From NCBI GenBank assembly GCA_025786725.1, contig JAHLTZ010000027.1, forward strand, positions 1 to 64,000: a stretch of 64,000 nt of DNA, in the 5' to 3' direction. The notes beneath the pieces were generated by a model. The model saw only the letters and a list, made by a program, of their open reading frames with translations. It searched no databases and was not told where the DNA came from. The position numbers and the translations under genes were made by a program. This DNA is from Syncephalis fuscata S228. Taxonomy: Eukaryota; Fungi; Zoopagomycota. How positions within the stretch are numbered: the first letter of the stretch is position 1; every line of letters starts with the position of its first letter. Below are positions 1 to 17,542 of the stretch, in pieces.

Positions 1-1607
1 AATAAACCACACGTAGTGCATGTCTTTGCAGTGCTTATTTACCTATTTAATGCCCAATACATTGTGCTGCGATGCTATAAATACACAAAACAATGTCACA
101 AGTAATATGCTGTTTGTATATGGCTTAGTCAACCCATTATGTTTATTTAAAATTGAATTACATAAATAAAAATTCAATGCCTAATATTAATTACTGTCAT
201 ATGAATCAGATAAATATTAGCAAATAGCATGATTGTTTAGCTATCTTGACATAAAATGTAATAATGACTAGACAAGCACGCTTTATTGAGGTCCGCCTTA
301 GGTGTCTATTCTACCTGGTGAGGTATTGCTGGCTCGCCTTTTGCCTTCTTGCCATTGCACGTAACCTGATACATAACTATAGTTACTATTTGAAACATGC
401 TGCTTCTATTGGGGTCACTGGTCTTTACTGACAGCAAAACGGAACTAGTTGTACTATCAGCAATTAAGCCATTAAATGAAGACGCGACTTTGTATCAACT
501 ATGGTCATTGAAAGCAAACTTGCAAACAGCGTTACAAACCATATATACGTATATGGCAATCTATTGTGCAATTGGTGCTATGAAGTACAAGATGACTGTC
601 TGGTTGATGCAACATAGTGCTGTTAACAAGCAATACAACTAACACATTTCATGCCAAACACTACCAAAATGTGTTCAATATGTCTTTCACACACAGAAAC
701 ATTATAACACTACTTTTACGGGTGTAAATGCATTTAGAATTTTGGGATGATTGGTAGATTTTTGAACTAGATTTGTACACCACCGTTCAATCAACACCGC
801 TAGAGCTGGCGGATGTTTTGAATGGCTGGGGCATGAACAAATCTATTCAGAAATCAAGTATGCAGGTCCCACAATATGGCAAATATTAACCCTAAAAGTA
901 GTGTTTAATGTTTCTGTGTGTGAAAGACATATTGAACACATTTTGGTAGTGTTTGGCATGAAATGTGTTAGTTGTATTGCTTGTTAACAGCACTATGTTG
1001 CATCAACCAGACAGTCATCTTGTACTTCATAGCACCAATTGCACAATAGATTGCCATATACGTATATATGGTTTGTAACGCTGTTTGCAAGTTTGCTTTC
1101 AATGACCATAGTTGATACAAAGTCGCGTCTTCATTTAATGGCCTTAATTGCTGATAGTACAACTAGTTCCGTTTTGCTGTCAGTAAAGACCAGTGACCCC
1201 AATAGAAGCAGCATGTTTCAAATAGTAACTATAGTTATGTATCAGGTTACGTGCAATGGCAAGAAGGCAAAAGGCGAGCCAGCAATACCTCACCAGGTAG
1301 AATAGACACCTAAGGCGGACCTCAATAAAGCGTGCTTGTCTAGTCATTATTACATTTTTATGTCAAGATAGCTAAACAATCATGCTATTTGCTAATATTA
1401 TCTGATTCATATGACAGTAATTAATATTAGGCATTGAATTTTTATTTATGTTAATTCAAATTTTAAATAAACATAATGGGTTGACTAAGCCATATACAAC
1501 AGCATATTACTTGTGACATTGTTTGTGTATTTATAGCATCGCAGCACAATGTATTGGCATTAAATAGGTAATAAGCACTGCAAGACATGCACTACGTGTG
1601 GTTTATT
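1..1607. repeat. Long inverted repeat (arms ~1-722 and ~889-1607, ~165-nt spacer); probable fold-back artefact
   Basis: 1-722 is the reverse complement of 889-1607. The differences are almost all 1-nt indels (e.g. tgtctttgca vs tgtcttgca). ORFs 397..642(+) and 968..1162(-) share the same C-terminal peptide. Confidence 0.9.
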
Positions 1608-1750
1608 ATTGATTATTCTTTAGAAACAAGCATAGAACAATTGACAACTTGTATTGAACGTCAAATAAATAAACGAGCACTGTAAAGCGTGCACTACGTG
1701 TGGTTATTATTGGCTATTTTTAAAAACAGTAATAGAATGATTTGACAACT
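1575..1750. repeat. Diverged ~100-bp tandem duplication
   Basis: gcactg...gcactacgtgtggtt(t)attattg...ttgacaact occurs at ~1575-1649 and again at ~1677-1750. Confidence 0.7.
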
Positions 1751-2136
1751 GAACTGTTTACTAAATACTATGGATTAATAAATAATATATTGCAAACAAC
1801 AGATTTTAAATATACAAATATAATAAGTGGCGCTATTTGATGTTTATACCTGTTGGGTAGCTAATAGCTCTTGTTGCATTATGCAGTAACACACTTGCAA
1901 AGTCTGTCGTCTACCAACCTCCCTAACCTGTTTTTTAAGATAAATACTTGTGTGCGGTATATACTCCGTTTGATAGAATGTATCAGCTGCCTATAAAATG
2001 GCATCTCATTAGCACACGATCTCGTTTACAACATTCCACTTGAACAGTCTTTACTAGCCTCTCGTTTTCTACACTCTTACTTTCTACTTTAAGCACGCCT
2101 GGTTTTTGTCAACACAACCACCTATACTTTAACAAC

Positions 2137-2369
2137 ATGTTGCACTACTCAAAGATATTGGCCATTGCCACCGTTTTAGCCGTTGTTCCGTGGGTCAATG
2201 CTGGTAAGTAGTTCTGATTTTATGTTACGTTTTACTTACTTGTTTAGATAATTTAGTTAATACCAGCAAAGGTAGCACCCATTGTATCGGCAAGCCAATA
2301 AAATTGCATGCGATGTACGAGCAACGGTTGGCTGAGATAAGATCCCTTGAAGTCAGTTTTGTTCAGTAA
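2137..2369 (+). CDS. Putative small secreted peptide (2 exons; intron 2204-2247)
   Basis: TATAAAA near 1992. ATG followed by the signal-like MLHYSKILAIATVLAVVPWVNA, then a GTAAGT donor and TTTAG acceptor. The spliced ORF is ~62 aa; the 3' end is uncertain. Confidence 0.4.
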
Positions 2370-3140
2370 ACGGACAAAACTCGCCGCTAACATATCCAAC
2401 AGTAAACGACCATCAGATACTGGATATGGAAATATAGCAAGAACTGGCATGCACTTCAAACCTTACTCCTGGCGATACAAATTGAATTCAAGGCACAGCC
2501 ATCGTAAAAAAATGTCGGGCACGAAAATCCCAATTATCGCGAGCAACGAATCAAGCTGCCAAATGTTAATAATACTAATGCTGTGTTGGAACATTAGCAT
2601 TAATATTTCAACTGTTATTTGCATAATAAACTTTTTATTAATGAAAAACAATAGTATAATCAAATAACGCTATACATGTTCATAATTATACAGTGTATAC
2701 TTGTTGATACAGATGCTGTATTGCAACAATTCACAAACCACAACATGGCAGCGGTCATGTATTTTTTTAAAATGGTGTTAATTGCCATATTTTATTTAAA
2801 TAAAATATATAAAACAATGATAAATATGGTTAACGGCTAAAGCACCAGGTTGCAGAGTGTACTAACACTGATGGTGTGAGCTGGTGTTAATTTTTGGTGT
2901 TAAAACGTTTTTAATTAATTGATGTTATCAATAAATGGTGTTGAGGGCGCAATTGAAGTGTTATTAAATATTGCTATGTTGCACCCATTTACCCCTCCAC
3001 CTTTTCATAATTAAACCATTGGCAATTACCAATTGCTCACGTCTTTTCGAATATTCTGCAGTCATTGGTACATATTGCCAGGCTTAAGTGACTTTGGATT
3101 CGGCTTATGACTTTACTTTGCCATTTGGCAAACACCACTC

Positions 3141-4112
3141 ATGGCTTATATAACTAAAAGATATTAAAACAATTGTCGGATTCAAGTTCTCCATGCCTAG
3201 TTATACAGATTAGTATAATAAATAGAGCAATAATTTTTGCAAGAGTAATTATTTAAAAATACAATTTACGTATAAATTAGCTAAAGAAAAGTGATTAACT
3301 TAATTTTTAATATTAAAGTTTAAAATCACGAAATTCAAATCAAAGTAAATACAAAGCATTCTACAATACCATAATAAGCATAACAGCAAGCTAGTATGCA
3401 GAAATACCAAAATACAGTGACAATCTATATTATACGCATACACGTATAACATAATAACATAGCTTCATTAATAATACGTAAATTGCATTTTTGAGTAATA
3501 ATTTTTGCAAAAATCATTGTTTTATTTCTTATATAATTCTTTACAACTAAGCATGGAGAACTCGAATCCGACAGTTGTTTTGCTGTATTTTAGTTATATA
3601 AGCCATAGTCTGTAAAAAGCTGCTATTTTTACGTATTTATTAGCGTATTATCATAATTAATGCATCTGAACACAATACAATCACGGTATACTTTGCCAAT
3701 AGTTGTATATATGTTATACGCATACTCGTGCAAAATAGCAGACGATTTGCTTTATTTTACGTAAGTTGTATGTACTAATATTTGCACTTTTTTAAAGTAA
3801 ATTAGAAATACGTAGATTGCATTTTTGAATAATTATTTTTGCAAAATCATTGCTCCATAAATTATACCAATCTGTTCAGCTAAGCATGGAGAAGTTAAAT
3901 CCAACAATTGTTTTGATATCTTTTAGTTATATAAGGCATAATTTGTAAAAACTGATATTATTACACATTTATTAGCGTATTATTACAACCATCATATCAT
4001 CACGCAATACAACATCACCGCACTTTACCAGTAGCTATTTATATATTGTACGCATGTTTGTGCAAAATATCACGTAGTTTGCTTTATTTTACGTAAAGTT
4101 GTACATAATAAT
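3141..4112. repeat. MITE-like inverted repeat (3141-3273 vs 3474-3606) plus ~334-bp direct duplication (3474-3781 / 3808-4112)
   Basis: atggcttatataactaaaa...ttctccatgc...aatttacgtat is inverted relative to atacgtaaatt...gcatggagaa...tttagttatataagccat, which recurs in direct orientation from 3808. The region is non-coding and AT-rich. Confidence 0.75.
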
Positions 4113-5289
4113 ATAGCATTAAATAAGCTATTGTTATTGTTTTTAGCTTACACTTTATTAATTATATCACACTATTACACTGGAAGCACACTTTTAATAC
4201 TGCTGCATACTTTCATAGCACTGGCGCAACAATCTCAAGTTTAAATTTGTAGATTGACGCTTTATCGGGATTTAAGATACTATAAATAAGAATAAGACAT
4301 TTCTTGCTGCAATCATAGCTATTAGAAATAAAGACATTGCTACTATACTGATAATGAGTATATGATTGTAATAATGAAAATAATAAATACACCATTTGAT
4401 TAGACAAATCCGTTAAGGTTACACGTGAACATAAAAAAATAATTCTAATATTTGATACCAAAATTAATTGCTAACAAAGTAAATAGTGATTACGAAGAAA
4501 TGAAGAGTAAATACTTGTTAAGTTTGGATATATGAACAGCTACATAAACTGATACACATATTTTATTATTACCCATGCTTACTATAACTGCTAAATATAT
4601 CCAATATCAATAAAGACTGATTTTTTGATTCCATCTTATTTTTTAATTTCATACAAGTTATTCAGTCTATTATATTTGAGGTGTGATAATTAATGATTAA
4701 TAAGAGATAATTATATAGCAAATCAACATAATCAAGCAATACATTGTATTCTGATCGCTGACGTAAGTATTAACAAACATCAAAACTAACGCTGTAGGAT
4801 AGCATCAGTATAAGGTGTTACTTGGTCACCTAAGTTGCATTTTTTTAATTATGATTTGGTGATGCTGAATTATATATATATTCATCAATCAGCAAATCAA
4901 TAGTGATGCCTCATCACAATTTGAAAGCTATAGTTATTTTCAAAAATTGCCACTTTAGTATTCAAAAGTCACAACAATTATATAATAGAATGATATAAAG
5001 TAGAATGGATATATAATGAAAGTGACATATGTGGATAGTGGATAGATACGTGTATGATGACGATGATTATAAATTTAAAGATGTGATCATTTTCATCATT
5101 CACTGCTGATTGGTTGGTGTCAATCTAACTAGATTTACTCAATTGATTATTATTATTATAAGCACAATATCCATAGGAGCGGCTTTCTATCTCGCTGCCG
5201 TCATTTCCTCTATACTTCTTCTTGGCTATTGTAGTTTGGTAACCGGTTTTGTGTTTACTTGCTTTTTTTTAGTAAATTAGCTTTTAACA

Positions 5290-10253
<4,964 letters not shown>

Positions 10254-10278
10254 TAAAATACGTTTATTTCCATATCAT

Positions 10279-10524
10279 TTAAGCATTGTGTTTATTTATT
10301 TGAATTTTACGTACAAAATAACTTTGTTTATGACCTTTTATCGTCCAAGCATAGCAGGCCTGTTCGGCTGCATCACGATCGTGCCATAGATTACCAACGC
10401 GGTATTCATGACCAAGATCGTCAATGCGATAGAGCTCGTATTGATCCATTGCATTACTATTATCCATATTGGTTTTGGATACAGTGTCTTTATTTTTAGC
10501 CTTTTTCATTGTTGTTGGTAGCAT
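10279..10524 (-). CDS. Small intronless protein with bacterial-like RxDDxG...GHKQxY motif
   Basis: C-terminal YELYRIDDLGHEYRVGNLWHDRDAAEQACYAWTIKGHKQSYFVRK lies in a locally GC-richer patch. The start codon is uncertain (10524 or a downstream ATG). Confidence 0.65.
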   Translation of the reverse strand: MLPTTMKKAKNKDTVSKTNMDNSNAMDQYELYRIDDLGHEYRVGNLWHDRDAAEQACYAWTIKGHKQSYFVRKIQINKHNA

Positions 10525-12302
10525 GCCACTGTTACTGTTGTTGTTGTTATTCTTTTTATGTCTAATATAATATCGATTAATAATACTAATATTAGATAAA
10601 TTTTCATGACAAGCTTTTGTTGATAATAAAAAATGTAATTGCTTTTTAACAAACATAACGGCGATTTATGGTAAATATGGCACTAACAACATTATTGCAT
10701 AGTTTTTAGTTAATATATTTAAAATAAAACCGCTTTTTACAACAAACTTACATGTATGTTGAATTTTAAAAGTAATAATCATGAAAACAATTAAAATCTT
10801 TGAGATTACGTTGATATGTTGCCATGGATTCATATACAGATAAGAATGTGCTTGCAACTCAGCACATCCACTAAATATTGGTTCCACAATCTTGCCTTGA
10901 GCCATAGGCAGTTTGATGAGTAATTTATAATTGTGATGATTAGAATAAAATATATTATTTTGATCAAATCGTTGTTCTATAGAGCATTTGAACATCATTA
11001 TAACCAATTGATATGTCGTACATTATTGCTTTATACTTAAATTTGGCTATATTCAAATGGAATGACTTGATACGCACAATAAAGTACATTTAAATAGTTC
11101 TAAAGCCAGTTAATTGACAAAAATAGTAATCAAACAAGATTTTTTATTATAAAAATGTATTAACTCAGTAATCAATAAATAATAGGACCAACTCATTATT
11201 AAAATACAAGCTGTAGTAACAACTAATAGTGCGGTGCAGAAATCAATTTTTCTATTGCCGCCGTCCGCATCATTGCTGTGACTCTTGTGGCCAGCACAGC
11301 CATGGTATATGCTAAGCTCAATCGAGTTCGCCGTGGTAGGTCGCTGTTACAATAGTTATTTATTCTCTTAATTAAATACTATCGTATTACCAAAATGACG
11401 CTAATAAATAGTAAATGACATTTTATATTAATTAAACTAGATATATTCCATGCACCTTGTATTTAATACTTTTTTTAATAGTAATAAACATATGGTTTTA
11501 TTTTAGTTTTATTTGATCAAATTACTACGCCAGTTTTTTAGTTTAATTTAAATTCAGAAATCAGAAAGGGCTAAGTAAAAAACGTATTAGCTATATTTTA
11601 TAAAAATACCTTATTACCTACCAAAATGTATCGATATAAATTTAACGATATTAGTATTAAATTGCAATTATGCTTGTAAATATTGTAGCAATACATGTAA
11701 AAATGTAAGCGAATGTCTTTATTTGCAGTCATGATATGAATTTTATCGAAACTGCCACTTTCCTTGCATATTCACATAAATGAGCCATAAGCACGAATAT
11801 TAAATTAGTAAAATAGGTATTTTATTGCATACAAAGCTTAAATTTGATGCAAGTTTTAGTATATTTTAGCTTATATTTCTAAGTTAAAGCTTGATATTAT
11901 TCAAACTGTACACTTTGTTAGATCCCATGTTATAACTCGGCAACGCGTCATGTTTTTGATTGCCCTGTATATGTCTATTGGCATAAAACTTGCTACAAAT
12001 TAATACTACAGTATGTGCATGATTTAATACAAATGAAAAGTCAAATTCTCAAAATAGCACTATAAACTAAACCTCATGTCATTATGCAGTAACAATGAAC
12101 CCACATGTGGTCAATCAGGTTTTCTTTTGCATGATGCATGGATATACTTCTATACGTTTATACCTGTTGTGCCCATTTCCCTGGTTTATCTAATTTATTA
12201 ACTTGTCATTCCATACTGTTTCTAACTTGATTTTGTAGCTTTATATAGTAATATATATATATATATATGTATGTTTAATATAACACTGGCATTATATTTA
12301 TC

Positions 12303-13284
12303 ATGAATACTGGAGACCAAGATTTAAGCTGGAAACAGAATGCCGCCCGACTATGGAATATTCCGCTCCATCCATCCGGTGAAGCAGACATTTTTGACTT
12401 TATAACGGCAGCACCAAATGACATAGATAGTATTCGAGCTCGTCTACTTGGTATTTATTTTCAAGGATTTCTTAGTATTATGTTGGGATCTATGTTTATA
12501 CAAAATTTTATAATTTCAATTCGTCTGGTTATAAATCGGCCATATTTTCTTGCTGGATGGTGTTGCCTACTACCTGCTTTTCTTGGTACATTTATGGAAC
12601 TAGCAATATATATCTATCTTTTTGGTCATGGAAATTGCAGACTATTAGCATGGCTTGTTATTAGCTCGTTTGCACTATCAAGCATAATTAACAACATGAT
12701 TATACTGCAAAAAGCGTACATCGTCCTTTTAAAGCAACGATGGATTTTGGTTGTTGGTTTTATCCTTTTAATACCTCAACTAGGACTTATATTACTGACT
12801 TTAGAGACATCATATATTACTACTGAGGCAAAAGGCGGCTGTCGAGTTCATTATCAGTCAGCAGTGCCTATATACTGGTTTGGTGTTACAATACCTGTTA
12901 ATGCGTTATTTTCGGCAATATTTAGCTACGTAGCGTATAATCAGTACAAGAAATTTGGATCAGAAGCATGGAAACGCCTGATGCGTGATGGTGTTCAAAT
13001 AATGTGCATTGTAATACTGTGTAATATTTCTTGTGCACTGGTTGTTTTGCTTAAAATTGGTAAACCATATTCAGATATGTTTTTTATGCTTGACTGGTAC
13101 GTCTCTATCGAGCTATTGCTATTCTACTAACTCTGAAACTAGGTACATTACATCAACAATTTTAGTTAGGCACTGTAACGCAGCAAAAACAAGTAAAATT
13201 CCAGAAAAGCATTTTAATATCGATTATAATCCGCATACCATACAAGAAGACTCGGATATAGAGCCACTAAGCAGACAAATATAG
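12303..13284 (+). CDS. Orphan GPCR-like multi-pass (~7TM) membrane protein; intron 13097-13142
   Basis: About seven hydrophobic helices, a GGC motif in a loop, and QYKKFGSEAWKRLMRDG. Splicing GTACGT...CTAG gives LDW|YITSTILVRH. Confidence 0.8.
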
Positions 13285-13899
13285 TACTATACAGTATCAT
13301 AGATAACAGCACAATGGCTGTATTAAAACAGGTTAGCGCAAAATAGTAATAGATCTCATTACTCATTATGGTACGTAGACATTATTTTTGTACTTTTGGA
13401 ACAAAAACATCAAATAACATGTACCTGATGTAAACTTAATTATTTAGAATTTACAAGTATTTTATACTTAATACTATTTATTAAGCGTTTTCCATGCTTA
13501 AGTTTGCTCTAGGTGCTGTAACATACTCAATGCTGATATTCTGATTACTATAAAAATAATTTAATAGCATCTTTATGAACTAGAAATATAATCATTATGT
13601 TTGCTTAATTATCATAATGGTTCATAACAACAACTTCCAAAAGACCCGACGCTTTACATTAGGCTAAAACAAGAATTCAACATTTTATAAACTCGTAGTT
13701 CTAAATCAAGCTTTGCACTGCATTCTTGCATCCATATGCAAGCTAACAGGTTTGTTGAGCACCGCGCATAGTCATGTGATAGCACCTGTAAAAACTATCC
13801 CATCACTTGTAATCTCAGTCATTTCATTTATCCTATCTACTCATTAGATGCGTTTATAATCTTTATAATATCCATGCACATACCTTACATGTTATAATC

Positions 13900-14570
13900 A
13901 TGATTATTATCGGGGATTCTAAGAACTACAACTTAGACTGGCAAAGCGATGTCATATGATAATGGGGTATTTCACTTCATCCATCAGGTGAAATGCACGC
14001 ATACAATTTTGTAACTGAAATTCTAAATGATATACACGCGACTCAGGCTCACCTAGCTGGCATCTATGTGCAATTAGTCATTAATGACAGCTTGACGGCC
14101 GTATTTGTAAAATGTCTTGCAGCATCAATTTGGATGCTTAAAAAGTTTCTATATTTTTTTCCAAATGATGTTGTTTAATACCAGCTTTACTTGGTGCTAG
14201 CTGGGGACTGGCCGTAGTTCTTTACCTTTTTAAGCAGATAAACTGCAGACAACTTATTTGGTATTTAGTCAGTCTATATATACTATCGAGCATAAGCAAC
14301 AATACAATTATACTGCAAAAAGCTTATATTGTTTTGTTGGAAAACCAATTATTTTTATGGATTGGCATTCTTTTTATGCTACTTCTTTTATCGTTTATTG
14401 TAATTTTTTAAAAGCAGCATATATTACCACAAATATAAATGGCGGATGCGATGTCAATTACTCTAATATAGCTGTAATATATTGGTTTGGCCTTACCATA
14501 CCTGTCAACACTCTGTTTTCTGCATCATTCAGTTACATCGCATACAAACAGTATAAAAAGTTTGGTATTA
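13900..14570 (+). pseudogene. Decayed, truncated tandem paralog of the 12303 7TM gene
   Basis: Homologous peptides (LHPSGE, LQKAYIVL, GGC.V.Y, IYWFGLTIPVNTLFSASFSYIAYKQYKKFG) with in-frame TGA TAA near 13958 and frameshifts. Homology ends abruptly at ~14566. Confidence 0.8.
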
Positions 14571-15082
14571 GTTAATTGTACTTACAAATTTGCTTTATTT
14601 TACGCAAAGTTATTATTGTGATTGTTGTTCCAGTGCGATTATTAATTATTTATTAACCTAAATAGCAAGTACATTATCATATAACCAAGTAATAATATAG
14701 CCGCTTAGCTGATTTATTATTCTGCAGCTTTACTAAAAATTCAAACAATAGCTTGAGCAGCATAGTTTCATATTATGAATAAACCTATACTTTTTTATTA
14801 TATAAATGTTTACTACAAGTAATTCATTTGCAAATTATCTATAAAATAGAATAACATACTGTAGCAACACAATTACTCTATCTTTATACAATGTATCAAA
14901 TTGGATGATTGAGTTTGTCTTCCATTTTCAGTGCCAATCCCAGAGTTGTCAAGCAAAAACTTCTTCTCCTTTACTTTTTGGTAAACTTTATGTCTGGTTA
15001 GTCATTCGCATTGTAGTACTTGTTACTGCCCTTTTATTAAATAATACTACCGCCAACCATTACATTATACCTTTATCCAGAT

Positions 15083-16175
15083 ATGGAAAGAAAAAAAGAA
15101 AGCAGAAACGAGGCTATATCGTCCTCTGTACTACTATCGAACATACCATCGATTGCCTCAATTAGCGACGAACAAGATAGACATTATCCGTTTGCATCCT
15201 ACAGCAATGGAGCTATGTCGGCCTATTTAAACGATGAAACAGGCCAGTATGGAGCCGATATTCCACTGGAAACCGACTGGGTACCACCATCGACGCAGGC
15301 TAAACGGGCAACAACAACAAATAATAACGATATGCCAACGCCAATGATACCATTGGATGAAGCAATGCTAGCAGGTTATGAAGAAATTAATACAAGTCAT
15401 AACCGGCAGGCAATAAAACCGAATCAGCGACTATCGTTGCATTCACAGCATCCACAATCGACAGACATACCAGCGCGTGTCTATGGCGTAACATGGGATG
15501 TGACAGATCCGGATCCAGCTCGAGTTATGTTTGCTGCCGGTGATACTCGTCGCTGGTGGCAATACACCTGGGAGAAACGCTCTCTTCTACGAGCCATGGA
15601 GCTATTATCGGCGGTGGGTACAGTGGGATTTCTAGGTGGTGCCAGTTCGGTAAGTACTCAATCGAATGGTAACTATTTAATGCCTATCCTTAAACTATCT
15701 ATTGAATTTAGTATTCAAGCTATGAAATACCTTTTGCATCGACTTGGTTTGTGACGACCACACTAGTTGCAGCCATTCTTACAATTGTTCTACCATTCTT
15801 CTATCTTGCTCATACATTCCGCATATTGCGCTCTTCCCAGCTGAATATGGATGGAAAAGGCAGCTATGGATCATTAACTGGCGAGTTCGCGATGCATCGG
15901 TAACAATTGCCGATATCATTTTAACAGGCGTATGGATTGGCGGTATGGTGGGTATCTACCAACACGAATGTCCTTCTGGTAGTTTAAATGGATGGTAAGT
16001 TGTTTAGAGAATTGATGTTATCCAATATTTACACTATAAGTTTAGGTGTGATTTCTATAACACATCCATGTTTTTCAGCACTGCTTGTTTGGTAATCCAG
16101 CTTATTATCACTGTTTGGGAGATTAATCGAGAAATAATGTTTTGGCAAGGCAAATCGCGCGAAGGAGATGAATAA
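15083..16175 (+). CDS. MARVEL-like 4TM membrane protein with disordered N-terminus (3 exons; apparent 1-nt frameshift ~15807)
   Basis: LRAMELLSAVGTVGFLGGASS | YSSYEIPF...ADIILTGVWIG...CPSGSLNGW | CDFYNTSMFFS; GT-AG introns at ~15650-15711 and ~15995-16045. Confidence 0.7.
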
Positions 16176-16354
16176 TATTGTATAGTTAGACAGTATAATT
16201 GATATTAAATAAACATTTGCATAACTAGCTTGTAAATCTAAACGATAATACAATGCATTACTAATATGTTAAATTGCTAATAGAGATATGCACTGATTCT
16301 TAATACTGATAACGACGTATTTGATAAATGTTACATATAGAATCTACTAAAGCT

Positions 16355-16355
16355 A

Positions 16356-16390
<35 letters not shown>
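16355..16390. repeat. (ATT)n microsatellite
   Basis: Run of att triplets between the two MARVEL-like genes. Confidence 0.9.
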
Positions 16391-16464
16391 CATAACACAA
16401 CAAATGCCATCCGTTACAAAAATGATAGAGCACGAATTGAATGCACGCCATGGATGGTGGATGA

Positions 16465-17542
16465 TTAGCGTCTCCAGCGTTTTCCGCGTAAATCTTCAGA
16501 GAGACGGCCTCGATTGCCACCACAGCAGCTGGTGAATACATCCCATCCCATTGCGACACAATATGATAAAAATGCCATAACACCAAAGAATATTGAAGTA
16601 TTGAAGAAATCGCACCTAATAGTTAATAATAGAATAAATGATTAGTTAACAATGTTATTAATATAATTTGCCATTTATAACTTACCATCCATTGAGTGAT
16701 CCAATATGACATTTTTGAGTACCAATAATAATAAAAACATCAGCGCCCCAGATGCAGGTCATAATAAGATCGATGAGAAAAATGGTGTACTGGCCAATAT
16801 CCTTGCCAGGTTTTATCCAGCGGAATAGCATAAAACAGACAAGAGATAAACTAACAGCACAAGATATAGAACTGACGGCATAGTATAAATCGACAGCAGT
16901 ATGGCCGGAGAATGGACTATCTTTACCGGAATACTATTAAACGAAATAATCTATTAGTTGGCGTCTATTAATAGCACTATTATATTTGCTTACCGAGGAA
17001 GCACCAGCCAAGAATCCCAGTGTGGCTATTGAAAATACAAGTTGCGCTGAACGAATACCAAAGATAATCCAGTTAGGTGCACGACGCGCAATGGGTGCTG
17101 GAGGAATACCACTGCCGTTAGTGGGTCCAGAATTGTTTAACTTGCCGTCAGCACTGCCTGCTCCTTGGAAGTGAGGGTCATCAGGTGAGAGTGGTGCGGC
17201 TAGTCCGTTGCCACCCGTGTGCTCTGCAATCTGTGCAGGAGCAGGCACCACGACCACTGTAGTGTCCTCAGCCTTACCAACCTCACTGCCATCAATGTAG
17301 TTTGTTTCTACAGTTGTAACTGCATCATACGAAGTGGCATAGGCATTGGGACGGACATAATGTGCCGCGTCAGGCATACTCAGCTCCGTCTGGCCAAGAC
17401 TGACCGTGGAGGCTGCTTCTGTTGCAAAGGTCGAAGCGGGTGCGTAGGCATTAAGCGATGGAATAGTGGGTTCTGGCATGGGACCAGTCCACGCTATTGA
17501 CGCTCTCGGGTCGTCCGGGGATTGGTTAGAGTGCGTGGCCAT
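16465..17542 (-). CDS. MARVEL-like 4TM membrane protein, paralog of the 15083 gene (3 exons)
   Basis: IRSAQLVFSIATLGFLAGASS | YSGKDSPF...LIDLIMTCIWGAD...CHIGSLNGW | CDFFNTSIFFG...RWRR*; same intron positions as its neighbour. Confidence 0.75.

Noticed and set aside
397-1305. ORFs 397..642, 968..1162 and 1039..1305 as genes
   Set aside because: No recognisable motifs; their duplication is explained by the inverted repeat, and their frames differ by an indel.
10666-11007. 113-aa ORF whose NPWQHI resembles the receptor NPWNEI linker
   Set aside because: The similarity is too short, there is no ATG start and no other family motifs are present.
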